A DNA stretch of 64,000 nucleotides, from the NCBI GenBank assembly GCA_043228905.1, contig JBHGNT010000017.1:12152001-12216000 (forward strand), in the 5' to 3' direction. Positions 39,601-52,279 of the stretch are shown piece by piece. The notes beneath the pieces were generated by a model. It searched no databases. It had not been told where the DNA came from and saw nothing but the letters and a program-made list of their open reading frames with translations. The translations under genes were made by a program, and so were the position numbers. How positions within the stretch are numbered: the stretch's first letter is position 1; every line of letters starts with the position of its first letter. The DNA comes from Azolla caroliniana (taxonomy: Eukaryota; Plantae; Polypodiophyta).

Positions 39601-41718
39601 TAAGCCAAGATGGAATAGCAGATGATCCTGACAAAGTGAAGGCAATATTAGAAGCACCAACACCAACCAATGCAAAGGCTCTCAGTCGGTTCTTGGGACA
39701 AATTAGATGGCATAGTCGTATGATTCGCTATCTTGCTCATGTGGCCATACCGTTGCACACAACGGTGCACAAAACGCCTTTCCAATGGAAAATAGTAGAG
39801 TAGGATGCTTATGATTGCCTGAAAAAAATGCTAACTAAAGTTCCTGTGGTACAACCTCCTAATTTGGAGAAACCTTCTCACGTATTTGTCAATGTATCAA
39901 ATGTAGCAATTGGCAGTTCCCTAATGTAGTTGATAGAGCCGAACTGGTATAGACCGATGTGCTATGCGAGTCAGAAACTCTCCATCGCGGAAAGAAATTA
40001 CTCAACAACCGAGCGTGAGGCTCTTGGCATGATTTACAACATCACTAAATTTCGGCACTACTTATTGGGTCGGAAATTTACATTTCATGTCAACCATTCA
40101 ACTTTGTTATATTTAGTGGCAAAACGAGAAGTCATGGGTAAATTTGCAAGATGGACATTATTGCTTTAAGAATTTTAATTCAACATTCTTCACAGACCAG
40201 GGGTGTAGCATGTAATTGCGGACTACCTCAATCGACTGGAGTCAGGGGAGGAAGGAACCAGAGTTACGGATGATTTTCCCAATGCTTACCTTTTTCGGGT
40301 CGACACAATGGCAACCATAGAGATGGGTGAGGATACCGCAGATGCATGGATTATAGAAATGACAATTTTTTATAGTATAGGGCTACCACAGGATAATATG
40401 TCACTTGATGAAAGGAAGCGATTAGTTGTACGAAGCTGGAATTTTTGTCTCCTAAATGACACACTATACCACAAAGGCATTGATGGCATATGGAGGCGCG
40501 GTTTGGCAATTTGAGAAGGTAAGAATTTTACGGGAAACCCACTGCGGTATAGCTGGTGGACATTACAAGGGAGATGCCACGTCAAGGAAAATATGGAGCA
40601 ATCGCTTGTGGTGGCCAACAACCACTAAGGATGCAGTCGAATATTGTCGACAATGCGACTTGTGTCAAGACTTGGGCAACAAACTAATGTACGAAATGGG
40701 TCGAAGCTAAACCCTTATGAGATAACACAGCTGCATCGACAACAAAATATCTATACGAAAACATATGGGGCCGGTTCGACTATCTGATCAAATTAGTCAA
40801 TGATTAAGGTACTCATTTCATAAATAAAATAGTACATGAGTTATCTTCATATTATGTAGTAGTACACAAAAAGAGTACTCCATACTATCCTTAGGCCAAT
40901 GGATTGGCAGAATCAACGAACAAAACCTTACAGATAAATGTAAGAAAAATAGTCAACGAAAACAAAACTGATTGGGTCAAAAATTAAACAATGCGTTATG
41001 GGCTTATTGCACTTTCTATAAAACAGTCATCAAATCGACCCCATTCAGAATGACTATTGGATTAGAACCTATAATGCCAGTAGAATTTCAGGTTCTGACA
41101 TTACAAGTACAAGTCATTAAAAGGCTAGATGAAGAATAGTCAGAACAAGTTCAAAAAGAACAACTACTCATTTTGGAAGAAAGTAGGTTACATGCTATGC
41201 GTGCACTTGAGTAGAAACAACACCTGACAGCGGCGTTCGTAGACCGACACCGGAAACAAAAAGAAAAGATGTTTGCGGTCGGTAAGCCGGTATCAGACTT
41301 TCAGACTAAGATGGGTTCGATGCCCGAGAAACTCTGATCTTGATAGACAGGTCCAATTTGGATTGTGGACAGCAAGAATGGCACATATCAAGTTAGCACA
41401 CTCTTAGGTGAAATTATGCCGAAATGGGTAAATGGTTTTCAGTTAAAATCTTATTGAGGATCAATGTGGAAAAACCCATTTAAGGTCAGAGACTATTCCG
41501 ACACACCGTTACGTGGAATGGTTATGAATGTAAATATTTTTTAAAAAAAGAAAAAAAATGTATATATATTAGTCTTGGCAAACTTATAATAGAATTAATA
41601 GAAAAACATCATGACTTCTTGGTGTAGTCATTTTCAGACTATATATGGACAAGCCACAAAATCATGCAATGTTAATTACGAGTGGTGGGAGCTATGATAA
41701 ATAGTATATTGTCATAAA
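36650..41718 (+). mobile_element. 5'-truncated non-chromoviral Ty3/gypsy (gag-PR-RT-RH-INT, PPT, start of 3' LTR ~41693)
   Basis: CTICHSKAHSVEQC; VDGGSGVNVI; CVDYRKLN..LDGFNGYNQI..FLDDF; NYSTTEREALG; THCGIAGGH..CRQCDLCQ. Confidence 0.88.
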
Positions 41719-44700
41719 TGTTAGAAATATGTTTGTCCAGTGGGAGGAGCCGACTGATCGAGCTGAGCACCGATGGTTGAAGAGTTGACTGCGAGGAAAT
41801 CAACTTTGACAATTGATTGGGTGAGTTAACAAAAAGGAGATCTAGGTCGAAGACGCAACCGACTAGTTAGGCCGACCAGATGGTCGATGAGCAGGCCAAC
41901 TAGTCGGACCGATTGGATAGTTGATCCTAGAGTCAGCTGATAGCTACTTATTATTATTATAGATAATAATAGTAGTGATGTATAGTACGGGCTATATTTG
42001 TAAATAGAAAATAGTGTATTAGTATAAATACACCTAGGACAAACGTTGTAGCTGTGGTTGTGAGAACAGTTTGTGATCCTCTATTATAGCAAGCAATAGA
42101 GAAGTGTGAGAATGAGAGGAGAGAGAGTGAGCAGCGTCATAGTCATGTTCTGTAACAGCATACGCCAAGAGCCCCCCGGAGGTTGTTTACACTATGTGTA
42201 GAGAGTGTTGTATTATGATCTCGTTGTTGTATCTCCATTGTATAGTGAAGCTTCGCTCTCCATGGTTTTTCTCCGGTTTTAGGGTTTCCACGTTGTCGTG
42301 CCTTTCGACGCTGGATCGTTGTGTGAGTCGGGTGGGAACCATTGGGGTTTTGGACTAGGACGAGGAATTTGAGACGAGTTTAGTTATGAATAGATTATAA
42401 GAAAGAGAGATAGAAACTTGTGAATCCCACAAGTATAATGTATTTTATTAATTAATATTTAGATAAGAATATGAATTTACATTGAAAGAAAAGGATATAG
42501 AAACCTCGTGAATCCCACGAGTATAGTTTATTTATTTTATTAATATTTAAAACCCGAATAATAAATTAGAATAGATTGGAACAAAAAGATATAGAAAACT
42601 TGTGAGTCCCACAAGCATAGTTTATTTTATCAATCATTATTTTTGAACCTTAATGATTTTTCATCCATAATTTTCTCTCTCTTCATTACATTGTGCTCCC
42701 CATCCTTATATAGGGATGATAGAGTCTTAGCAATCCATCCTTTTTCTCTAACTATGGACTCCATGCTTTCTCTATGTATAGACTATATGCTTTCTCTAAC
42801 ATGTTTTTTCTAACCTCATGCGTTTTTTATCGACTATAGTGTTTATGCACGCTAGATGTGCACATGTACCTTTTTTCTATCACACGTTTTTCTTCTAACT
42901 AAAGCTTTTTCCTAGAAAATATGCATGAAGTAACCTTTCTATGTGGGATATTTAATTTTTAAACACTCATGATGTGTTAGTATAATGGGAAGGCTCCAAA
43001 TTATTAACATGGAGGTATAATGTTTGAATCTTGCCCTATGCATGTAATATGCATTTTAATACTTTCTTCTATTTCTTCATATTTATTGAATCTAGTACTC
43101 TATACGTTTTTCATGTAGTGTACGAAATACACTATGACAACGTCAAATCTGAGCATATTGTTTTCTCGTGTTACCTAATTGTGTATTTTAGCATATTTCT
43201 TTATCTTGTGGATTGACGATTCATTTCTTAACAAACTGGTATTAGAGCTTGACGTACAAGCATGGAAGGAGGTGTGAGTGGCTTCCGAAGAATGATAGTT
43301 CTAAACTCTTAGAACTATGCAGATTGGAAGATAAAGATGGAGGTCTTTCTCATAGCCAAAGACCTGTACGAGCCGATGGAGGTATTAGAGTCGGAATGGA
43401 AACTTATTAACACAAAGGCGGTGGCCACCATCCGATAGTGCGTCGGTGTAAGTGTCCTTCAACATGTGGCGAAGGACACGAATGCCCATGAGATGTGGTA
43501 GAAGCTATCAAGTCTATACGAGAGGAAGAACGCCCTCAATAAAACCACACTAATGAGAAAGATCGTACGGCTAAAATACAAAGATGGTGAGAGCATCGTT
43601 GAACACATCAACACATTCATCGGGTATGTAAATCAACTTGCTATGCAAGCCATCTTATTGATGTGCACACTGTCGGATAGGTTGGAGAACCTGGTGGTTA
43701 CTCTCAGCACCTGTCAGGAAGAGAGCTTGTCTTTACAAGTGGTGAAGACAAGCATCCTGAATGAGAAAGCGAGAAGGAAGGACAAGGGTGTCCAGTCAGA
43801 GTCAAATTTGACTCAACACAGGAACCGGCAAAGAACTCCACCAACGAGAGACAAGTCTGAAGCCAGGTCGAAGTCCAGAGGAAAGCTCGTGTGCTTTTAT
43901 TGTGGAAAGCATGGACATTTCCAGAAGGACTACCGGCGCGTTAAAAGGGAAAAGAGTGTCGGTAATAATGTCGAACCCAAGAAGGTTCCTAAAGAAAAGT
44001 ACACTTCAGCCATTGCTATGAGCAATGAAGAACTTTTGTTCATTAGTTAGCACACAAGTGCAAATCTTGCAAGCGAAGAATGCATTTGGGTGATCGACTC
44101 TGGTGCATCCTTCCACATAACTTTGTTGAGAGAGTATTTCTCTTCTTACATAGTTGGGGATCATGGTTATGTAAAGATGGGTGACAATGGGGAGTGCAAG
44201 ATAGTCGGGATCGGAAGTGTCCTTCTGACAACGTCAACAGGGTGTCAACTGACTCTAAAGGATGCTCAACACATCCCCAATATCAGATTGAATCTGATAT
44301 CGACTAGAAGATTGGATGACGAAGGCTACAATGGTAGTTTTTTGAATGGCAAGTGGAAGTTCTGTCGAGGAAATCTTCTAGTGGCCCGAGCACAAAAGGA
44401 TCACACATTGTATATGATGCCAGCCCGACCGAGCAAGTCAGAAGTGAATGTGACAGCCGACTCGACAGGACAAATATGGCATAAGAGGCTAGGCCACATG
44501 AGTGAAAAGGGATTGTATTTGTTGGCCGACCAGAAACTTCTACCAGAAGTAAAGGGAGTGCACCTGGAGAAGTGCGTCAACTGCTTAGTCGGAATGCAGA
44601 ATAGAGCAACATTCCACACATAGCCACCAAGAAGAAGAGAAGCTACACTGGAACTAGTACACACGGATGTGTGTTATGTAGATGCTCCATCGTATAGAGG

Positions 44701-44780
44701 CGGACAACACTTTGTGAGTTTCATTGACGACTATAGTAGGAAGTTGTGGGCTTTCATACTAAAGTCAAAAGGTCAAGTAC
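41719..44780 (+). mobile_element. 3'-truncated copia (Tork/Tnt1-like): 5' LTR 41719-43233 interrupted by a solo LTR, PBS 43237-43248, gag-PR-start of INT
   Basis: TGGTATTAGAGC; CFYCGKHGH; WVIDSGASFH; WHKRLGHMSEKG; VHTDVC..FIDDYSRKLW. Confidence 0.85.
42294..43139. mobile_element. Solo LTR of the TGTCG-ended gypsy lineage
   Basis: Starts TGTCGTG, ends TATGACA (CpG-decayed); ACGT duplicated at 42290-42293 and 43140-43143; three ~90-bp internal repeats at 42.4-42.6 kb. Confidence 0.75.
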
Positions 44781-44899
44781 TATCATATTGCAATTGTCTT
44801 CATCAAATTAGCCTTGTGTTTGGTCACAAAGATAGGGTCTCATCCATCTCTGGAATCAAATATTTCTGGTTCTTCGGTGTAGTGTGAGCTTTGGTGGCT

Positions 44900-46290
44900 T
44901 CCTCACCCAACCTTGCCAAATTTGAACTTGTCTGAATCGGCAAACTTTTTCCAGCACTGCCTCTCTTTGTGGCCCTTCCGGCCACAGTACCAACATTCCA
45001 TTGCGGTCTTCTCTAGTTTGCTTCTAGCACCACCACCTTGACTCCCCCTGCTTGTGGAGGGTCCAAAATTGTTGTCGACACCTCTTGTCGACCGCTTCCA
45101 CCGCATGTCGATCCATCTTGTCCACCATGTCCACAGGACCTCTTCGTCTCCGTGTACAACATCTTGTTATCAGTTTGTGTACTTGTTGACGCACTCGCGT
45201 GATTCTCCTCAACTAGGACCATCGATTGTAGGTCGAAAAACAAGGGGGTATTCTCCCTTGTACAGACTACCGTCCGAAATGCTCCAAAATTCAGCACCAA
45301 ACCCCCGAGACAGACCTACACCATTTCATCTTTGTCAACGGTCACATTAATAGAGGCAAGTGAGTCACAGATGTCTTTGATTCGGGCCGTGTAGTCGGCC
45401 ACCGACATGTCCCTCTCTCGAACATTGCTCAACTCCTGTCGGAGTTGCAGCTTCTGGCCCGTGGTGCTTGCCGCAAAAACCTACTTTAGGTTTCCCCAAG
45501 CTTTCTTTCACATCTTGCCATGCCGAATATGGCTCAGCAGCTGATCTTTGACACTGGAGGCAAAGCAGTACATAACTCTTCTTACCGGTTGTTCCCAAGT
45601 TGGGAAGTCCCTATGTGCCGCATCCTTTGCCATATCGTTGGCTCCATCAACATAACACTAGTAACCATGCTCGAGCAGGTACTGGTGGATATTGATGACC
45701 AAGATGCATAGTTGGATCTCTCAACCTTCTCCGTCGGGAGCGAGCCAGCCATTTCTCAATCCATATTTTTCTTCTGTCTATTCTTTACTAGGTGTTAGAG
45801 TTTGTCTTTAGAAAAATGCTTGTCGGCTGCAGAGGTTCTCAACCCTTGTGCTCTGATACCAGGTAAAAGAATACAATTGCGGAAACTAAGACAAAACCGG
45901 CTCCTCCGGATAGCTAAAGAATGGAGACACAAGTATAATGGAAACCTTACACGAGAGAGACAGAGTTAGAGCAGCACACAGAAATGTGTATATTCCAAAA
46001 CACTAAAAACTCTCTGTACATACAATGTGCTTAGTGAAAGGATTGGCAGAAGTACTGACAAGTACTTCAATGCTCATACGAGTGAGTGACACTGAATCCC
46101 AAAAATATGCCTATGGACTAGGCTAGATTCGTAGGACTCCAACGGCCTACTGGTTCATCCTGATTTGGACAATCTGGCTCTCCAATCTGGCTCCTGGTTC
46201 TGGTCATTGACCTTGTTCTTCAATACGGATACCGATTCGGCTCTAGCTTATTCAGCAAATTCAGATCCTGTTGAGCTTGTCCGCTCAACA
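44900..46290 (-). mobile_element. Truncated copia (LTR 45862-46290, PBS 45850-45861, gag)
   Basis: Reverse complement of TGGTATCAGAGC; ECWYCGRKGHKERQCWKK; LTR related to 16503-16905. Confidence 0.87.
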
Positions 46291-46548
46291 AAGTTCTTGG
46301 AGATTGTCAGAACATGCAAGAGGTTCCTCATGACCCCTTTCTGGCTGAAATGGCTCAGTGGGACATCTCCGATGTGCTCGATGGGATGTGGGGTGTTGTC
46401 TCCGGTTTCGACTACCCCCAGCTTCTCCAGCTTCTCGAGAAAAGAGAACCACTCCTTGTGGTTCGTCATATTGTGCTTTGAAGATCCAGATTCCACATAC
46501 CAAACTTCTTCCGACTTTGAGTCAAATGTAGGCATTCTGTTGGCCTTA
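46291..46548 (-). pseudogene. copia protease fragment
   Basis: EVWYVESGSSKHNMTNHKEWF..LLHVLTISKN. Confidence 0.85.
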
Positions 46549-48029
46549 TGTTAAGAAACAAGCTCAACAAAAGCATGTGATGCTTATTGGCAAATAAGAT
46601 CTTCTGTAGTAGCTATTAGGAAAATTAGCTACTAGTGGACATATAGGCAAAACAACTATTTAGCTACTCACAGCTAATTAGCTACATATGTAAGTCACTT
46701 ATAACTTAGGTAAAAAACTAAGAGAGTAGAGAGAGAGTAGAAAAATAGAAAACTGACGAGAGAGGTTTCTCTACATGTAATGAAATAGAAGCTTTTGGGT
46801 TTACACAGAGGTAAGTCTCATGCCCCCTTCTTTTTCTGTCTTGAGCACACTAAACGATCCAGCACATCACGATCCGTTGTGCACAAAGAAGAGCCAGAGT
46901 GCCTTCGTAACATGGTAGCAGAGTAGAGTTGCTCATAAAGAGGAACAGTACAAATCTGAGAAGTTTGGTTCTGGTTGCTGGTCTGAATTAGAGAGTTGTC
47001 TGTGAAGTTAATCGTAGCAAAAGCCCTAATTCGAAAGAGAGAATGGTTGTTGAGAATGAAAGCCAAATAGTCATAGAAAAGTTGGACAAAAACAACTTCC
47101 CTGCGTGGAAATTCAGAATGACAAATTTCCTGATGGGAAAAGGATATTGGGATTACATTGAAGGAGACCTAGAAGAGGCTCTAGAGATCCCGGAAGAAAA
47201 TGCAACTACTGCACAGATTAAAGCATTTAAGGAATGGAATCAAGGGGCAAGGAAAGTATTGCATTGGTTGTCACTTAGCATCTCAGATTCGATGCTTGGA
47301 CACATACAAGATGTTTTGCTTCTAAAGAAGCTTGGGACAGTTTGGTAAAACTGTTTGTGGTAGACACAAAGGCTAGAAAGCTTCAGTTGACGACTACGCT
47401 AAATACCTTGGAAAAAGGTAAGCTGTCAATTAATGAGTATGCTCTGAAAATAAAGAGCATGTGTGAGTCACTTGCTTCTATTAATGTGAAGGTAGAAGCC
47501 GATGATATGGTGGAAATATGCTTAAGAGGCTTAGGACCTCAATAAAAAACCATCAAAACATCTATTCTCACAAGGGATAGCATCCCAAGTTTCCCAGATC
47601 TAGTTTCAATACTTGTAGATGGATGATGTAAAAAAAGGAAACTGTGAGACTGAGGAGTAAGACCTCTACAATAGTGCTGGAAGAGGCCGAGGAAGAGGCC
47701 ATGGAAGATTTGGTTCAACTAGAACCAACAGTAATTATCAAGGAAGATGACAACAAGCCACAAGTGGAAGAAACAACATCAGAGGCAGGGGGAGCAATCG
47801 AGGCAGAGGTAAGCAAACTTTTTTGAATGATGATGGTTGTTGGTATTGTGGAAAACCAGGCCATACACAGGCTGAATGCTATAAAAAGCAAAATGATGAA
47901 AAAAGAGAGAAGAGACAACAAAATAACTATGCTTCAACTAGTGAAAACTGTGATAAAGAAGGTGCATTTATGATACAACATGAGACAACAACAATGACTG
48001 AATGTTCACAAAGATGCAATGAAGAGTAG
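46549..48029 (+). mobile_element. Truncated copia (LTR 46549-46912, PBS-like TGGTAGCAGAG, gag)
   Basis: IEKLDKNNFPAWKFRMTNFLMGKGYW; CWYCGKPGHTQAEC. Confidence 0.85.
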
Positions 48030-48659
48030 GAATATCTGATAGTCCTAATAGTACTAATAGCCCAAATCTATCTGTTACCCCATACGAGATGTACGGAGAG
48101 TCAAGTGTGATGAGCGAGGGTTGAATGTTATCATGATGTTGTGTATGTGTAGGGGGCATGAATGTAGTTGTGAGTCTATATGTATGTGAACACATGCACA
48201 CGTGTGTGCATGTGGATGGATACGAGGAGGTGTGAGTGAGTGTCCAGTATGAATGCTTGAGGGGGCTTACACCCCTATGTATCTACCCCCTCTTGTACTA
48301 TTTTTAACCCCTTATGGGGAATGAATGAAACAGGAATAACCATTTCTCTCTTAACCTCTCTCTCTCTCTCTCTTGTCATCTCTCTCTCCCTCTCTCTCTC
48401 CCCTTTAACGTTGAACCCCTTGGGAGGGGGGTGGAGCCATTCTAGGCACCACCCCCCACCCCGCAATGCTTTTCTATATGATCTCTCTCACCATCATACT
48501 CTCCATAACCATGTCTGTCTTCATTACCAATCATCATAGTTATCATTCGTCGTCATCGTCGTCCTTAACCCTAACCCTAAAACCTACAACACTATCGAAC
48601 AAATTTGATGTCCTTAGTCAGTTAGAAGAAGAGTTAAACGACTAAGTCCAGCCAAAATA

Positions 48660-51600
48660 TCCCTAAGCTCATCAGATATCCCTAAGAAAACTCCCGTGTC
48701 CAGCCTCTATAGTAGTCATTGATGGTCGTCCCATTGCTTCTGGAAATATCATAGAAGAGTCAGAGCCCGTTAATATTGTCCTAGATAATTTAGCGTGTTT
48801 AGTATCCTTTAATATAATTAGTATCCCAGAACATCCCATTGTTTTGGGATGACCATGGTTCGAATTACATAACCCAGACATAGATTGGAGAACAAGGGAA
48901 ATCCGGTATCGACAAACCTGAGGATCTACTCATAAGATGGCAACCATTTCGCTACATCAGTTGCGTGAGGAAGGGCGCAAGGAAGAAATGTTTCTCTTCG
49001 CGGTATCAATAAAACCCTCCAACACCACTAAAGAGGAGTCCACCGTTCAACTTTCAGAGAAGTATCGTCATTATGCTGATGTGTTCGATAAAGTACAAGC
49101 CAATACGCTTCCTCACCATCGATCGTATGATTGCCCCATCGATTTACAACCGGGAAAAGAGCCACCATGGGGACCGATCTACAATTTGTCACCAACCGAG
49201 CTAGAAGTTCTTCGAGCCTATATAGAGGATAATTTGGCAAATGGTTTCATTTGACATTCAAAATCTCTAGCCAGCACACCCATTTTCTTTGTCAAGAAAA
49301 AAGATGGATCACTTTGTCTCGTCGTAGAGTATCGTGGCTTGAATAAGGTCACCATCAGGAATAGGTACGCACTTCCCCTTATCTCAAGTCTTTTAGAATG
49401 GATCAATGGTGCAAGGTTCTTCACAAAGATCGACTTATGAGGAGCATATAACCTCGTACGGATCCGACCTAGAGATGAATGGAAGACCGCGTTTCACACT
49501 ACATGTGGGCACTTCAAGTATACGGTCATGCCATTTGGCCTCACTAATGCACCAACAGTCTTCCAGCACATGGCAAATGATATATTCCGATATCTCTTGG
49601 ATGTTTGTTTGATCATCTATTTGGATGATCTGCTGGTTTATTCGAAGACTCAAAAAGAGTATGATTCTCATGTACTGTTAGTACTAAAACGACTTCGAGA
49701 ACATGGTCTTTATATGCAAAGCTGGAAAAATGTAGTTTTTAGTGCAACCAGGTAAAATTTCTAGGCTATGTCATTTCCTCGGAAGGCATCTCCATGGATC
49801 TAGCTAATGTCAAAACGGTGGTAGAGTGGCAGACTCCGCGTTCGTTGCAAGATGTGCAATGCTTTTTAGGCTTTGCCAATTTCTACCGCAAGTTTAAACA
49901 GGATTACTCAAAGCTTGTTCTGCCTCTCACACAGCTCACCAGGAAGGGACAATCGTTTGTTTGGTCTGAAGAAGCAGACATGGCTTCTGAGAATCTTGAG
50001 AAGGCATTTACATCAGCTCCTATTTTGGCTCATGTTGATCCGGAAAAACCATTCATCATCAAAGCAGACGCGTCGGATTTCACGTTGGGTAGCATTCTGT
50101 CACAACAAGGCGATGATGAAAAGCTACATCCTGTGACTTTCCACTCACGCAAGTTTAACGCCGCCAAAATAAACTATGAAATTCATGATAAGGAGCTATT
50201 AGCAATATTGGGCTCTTTTACGCAATGGAGGAATTTTCTAGAGGGATATTCTCATCAAGTCACCGTATTCAGTGATCCCAAAAACCTTGCCTACTTTCAG
50301 AATGTTCGTGTGTTAAATTGACGTCAAGCTCGGTGGGCCCAATTCCTCACTCATTTCGACTTCAAAATTACATATCGTCTGGGGAAGCAACAAGGGAAGC
50401 CAGATGCATTATCACGGCGCTCATATCTAGCATTGCATCCTGGCGAGCCAGCTTTCTATAACCAAAAGCAAGTAATCCTGGGACCAGCACAACTGCAAGC
50501 AATGCAGGTCTTTGGTATGCCCTTGGATTCCCACATTATCAATACCATATGTGAGGACTTGAAGACAAATTCTTTCGCCCAAGCCAATCTAGCACAAATT
50601 GATCCCTCTCAAGCATCTTGTTCACAGTTGCAACAACCAGGTACGGACTATCGACAATTCGAATGTCATGATGGATTACTATTCCTTAAGAAACTCTTGT
50701 ATGTTCCTAATGGTTCTTGTCACCTTCGAGTAGTCCAAAACTGTCATGACACATATACAGCTGGGCATTTTGGTAGTACTAAAACATTAGATTTAGTACA
50801 ACGATCATTCTAGTGGCCCCATATGCGACAATTTGTCGAAGATTTTGTTCAGACTTGTGATACATGTTGCAGAGCAAAAATGCCAAGGCATCATCCACAT
50901 AGTTTATTAGAACCATTACCAATTCCAAGCAAGCCATGGCAATCCATTGCTCTAGATTTCATCACAGATCTTCTGGTCTCTAAGGGATTCGATACAATCT
51001 TAACAATAGTAGATCGATATACGAAGATGGCCCATTTCCTACCATGTACTAAGGAAATATCCAATAAGGAAACCGCTGAAACTGTCATGCGTGAAGTATA
51101 TCAACATCATGGCCTTCCCGATAGTATCATCAGCGACCATGGACCCTAGTTCATCTCGAAATTCTGGAAGCACCTCTTTAAAATGCTCAAAGTCACTTGT
51201 AACCTCTCCTCCGGCTACCACCCGCAAACGTACGGCAAAGCAGAACGAACAAATCAAAGGTTGGAGTAGTATCTTCAGTGCTTTCTAAGCTATCATCAAG
51301 ATAACTGGGCGGATATTCTCCACTTTACCAAATTTGCATATAATAACTTTGTCCACTCATCGACAAAGGTTACACCATTTTATGCTTATACAGGCTGTCA
51401 CCCCCGATGGTGTGTATTTGAAACCCCAGAGTTACCCACAAATCCTTGCGTAGAGGATCGTTTGGAGCAATTACGCAAAATACAAGCGGATTTATCTACT
51501 CATCTACATCAAGCTCAACAAACACACAAGGTTTACGCGGATCGTCATCGGCTTCCATCCAATTTTAACATTGGAGATTGGGTATGGCTACTACGATGAC

Positions 51601-51950
51601 ACATCAAGACTACTCATCCATGCGAGAAGTTGGATTAACGGCAAGTAGGTCCTTTCCGTATTATTGAAAAAATTAATGATGTCGCTTTTCGTCTCGATCT
51701 ACCTCCACAACATCAAATACATCCGGTGTTTCATAGCTCTCTCCTCAAACCCTATCAAGACAGCACCATCCCAGGTCGTATTAAACAACCTCCACCCCCG
51801 ATCGAACTTGAAGCTGGACCTGAGTACGAGGTTGCCGCCATCCTCGATTCCAAGATTGTTCGCAACAAGCTCTACTATTTAGTCGATTGGCTAGGATATA
51901 GTCCCATCGAGCGTACTTCGGAACCAGTGCTCATGCTCTTCTTGAAGACT
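48660..51950 (+). pseudogene. Chromoviral (Tcn1-like) gypsy pol: PR remnant, RT, RH, INT, chromodomain
   Basis: [19 protein letters not shown]; ADASDF..NYEIHDKELLAI; PWQSIALDFITDL; [26 protein letters not shown]. Confidence 0.9.
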
Positions 51951-51954
51951 TCTA

Positions 51955-52237
51955 TCGTCAATATCCAGGCTCCAGTAACCTTGTCGGACAAGGTATTAAT
52001 GCATCTTGTATTCCCATGATGCAAAAGTTTGTCCTATCAAGCTTCTCCATAGGAAGAGCGCTTCCCATTTGAGTATTCATGATGTTGATTTCTTTCTTTG
52101 TTGCTTGAACCGGTTATGTCAATCGTCGGTGTTGTGATCACAGCACGGTTAAGCGAGTTTGATCAGACAACCACACGCTCTGATCCCATGTAAAAGAATA
52201 AGAGATATAGGTGGTGTTGTGCAACAGAAGCGAACTC

Positions 52238-52238
<1 letters not shown>
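51955..52238 (-). mobile_element. copia fragment (LTR end, decayed PBS 52177-52188, gag start)
   Basis: Reverse complement TGGGATCAGAGC; [23 protein letters not shown]. Confidence 0.75.

Positions 52239-52239
<1 letters not shown>

Positions 52240-52279
<40 letters not shown>

Noticed and set aside
48563-48590. Interstitial telomere (TAACCCTAACCCTAAAACC; also AAACCCT motifs near 34235-34290)
   Set aside because: Only 2-3 degenerate units, consistent with common telo-box-like motifs in TE leaders
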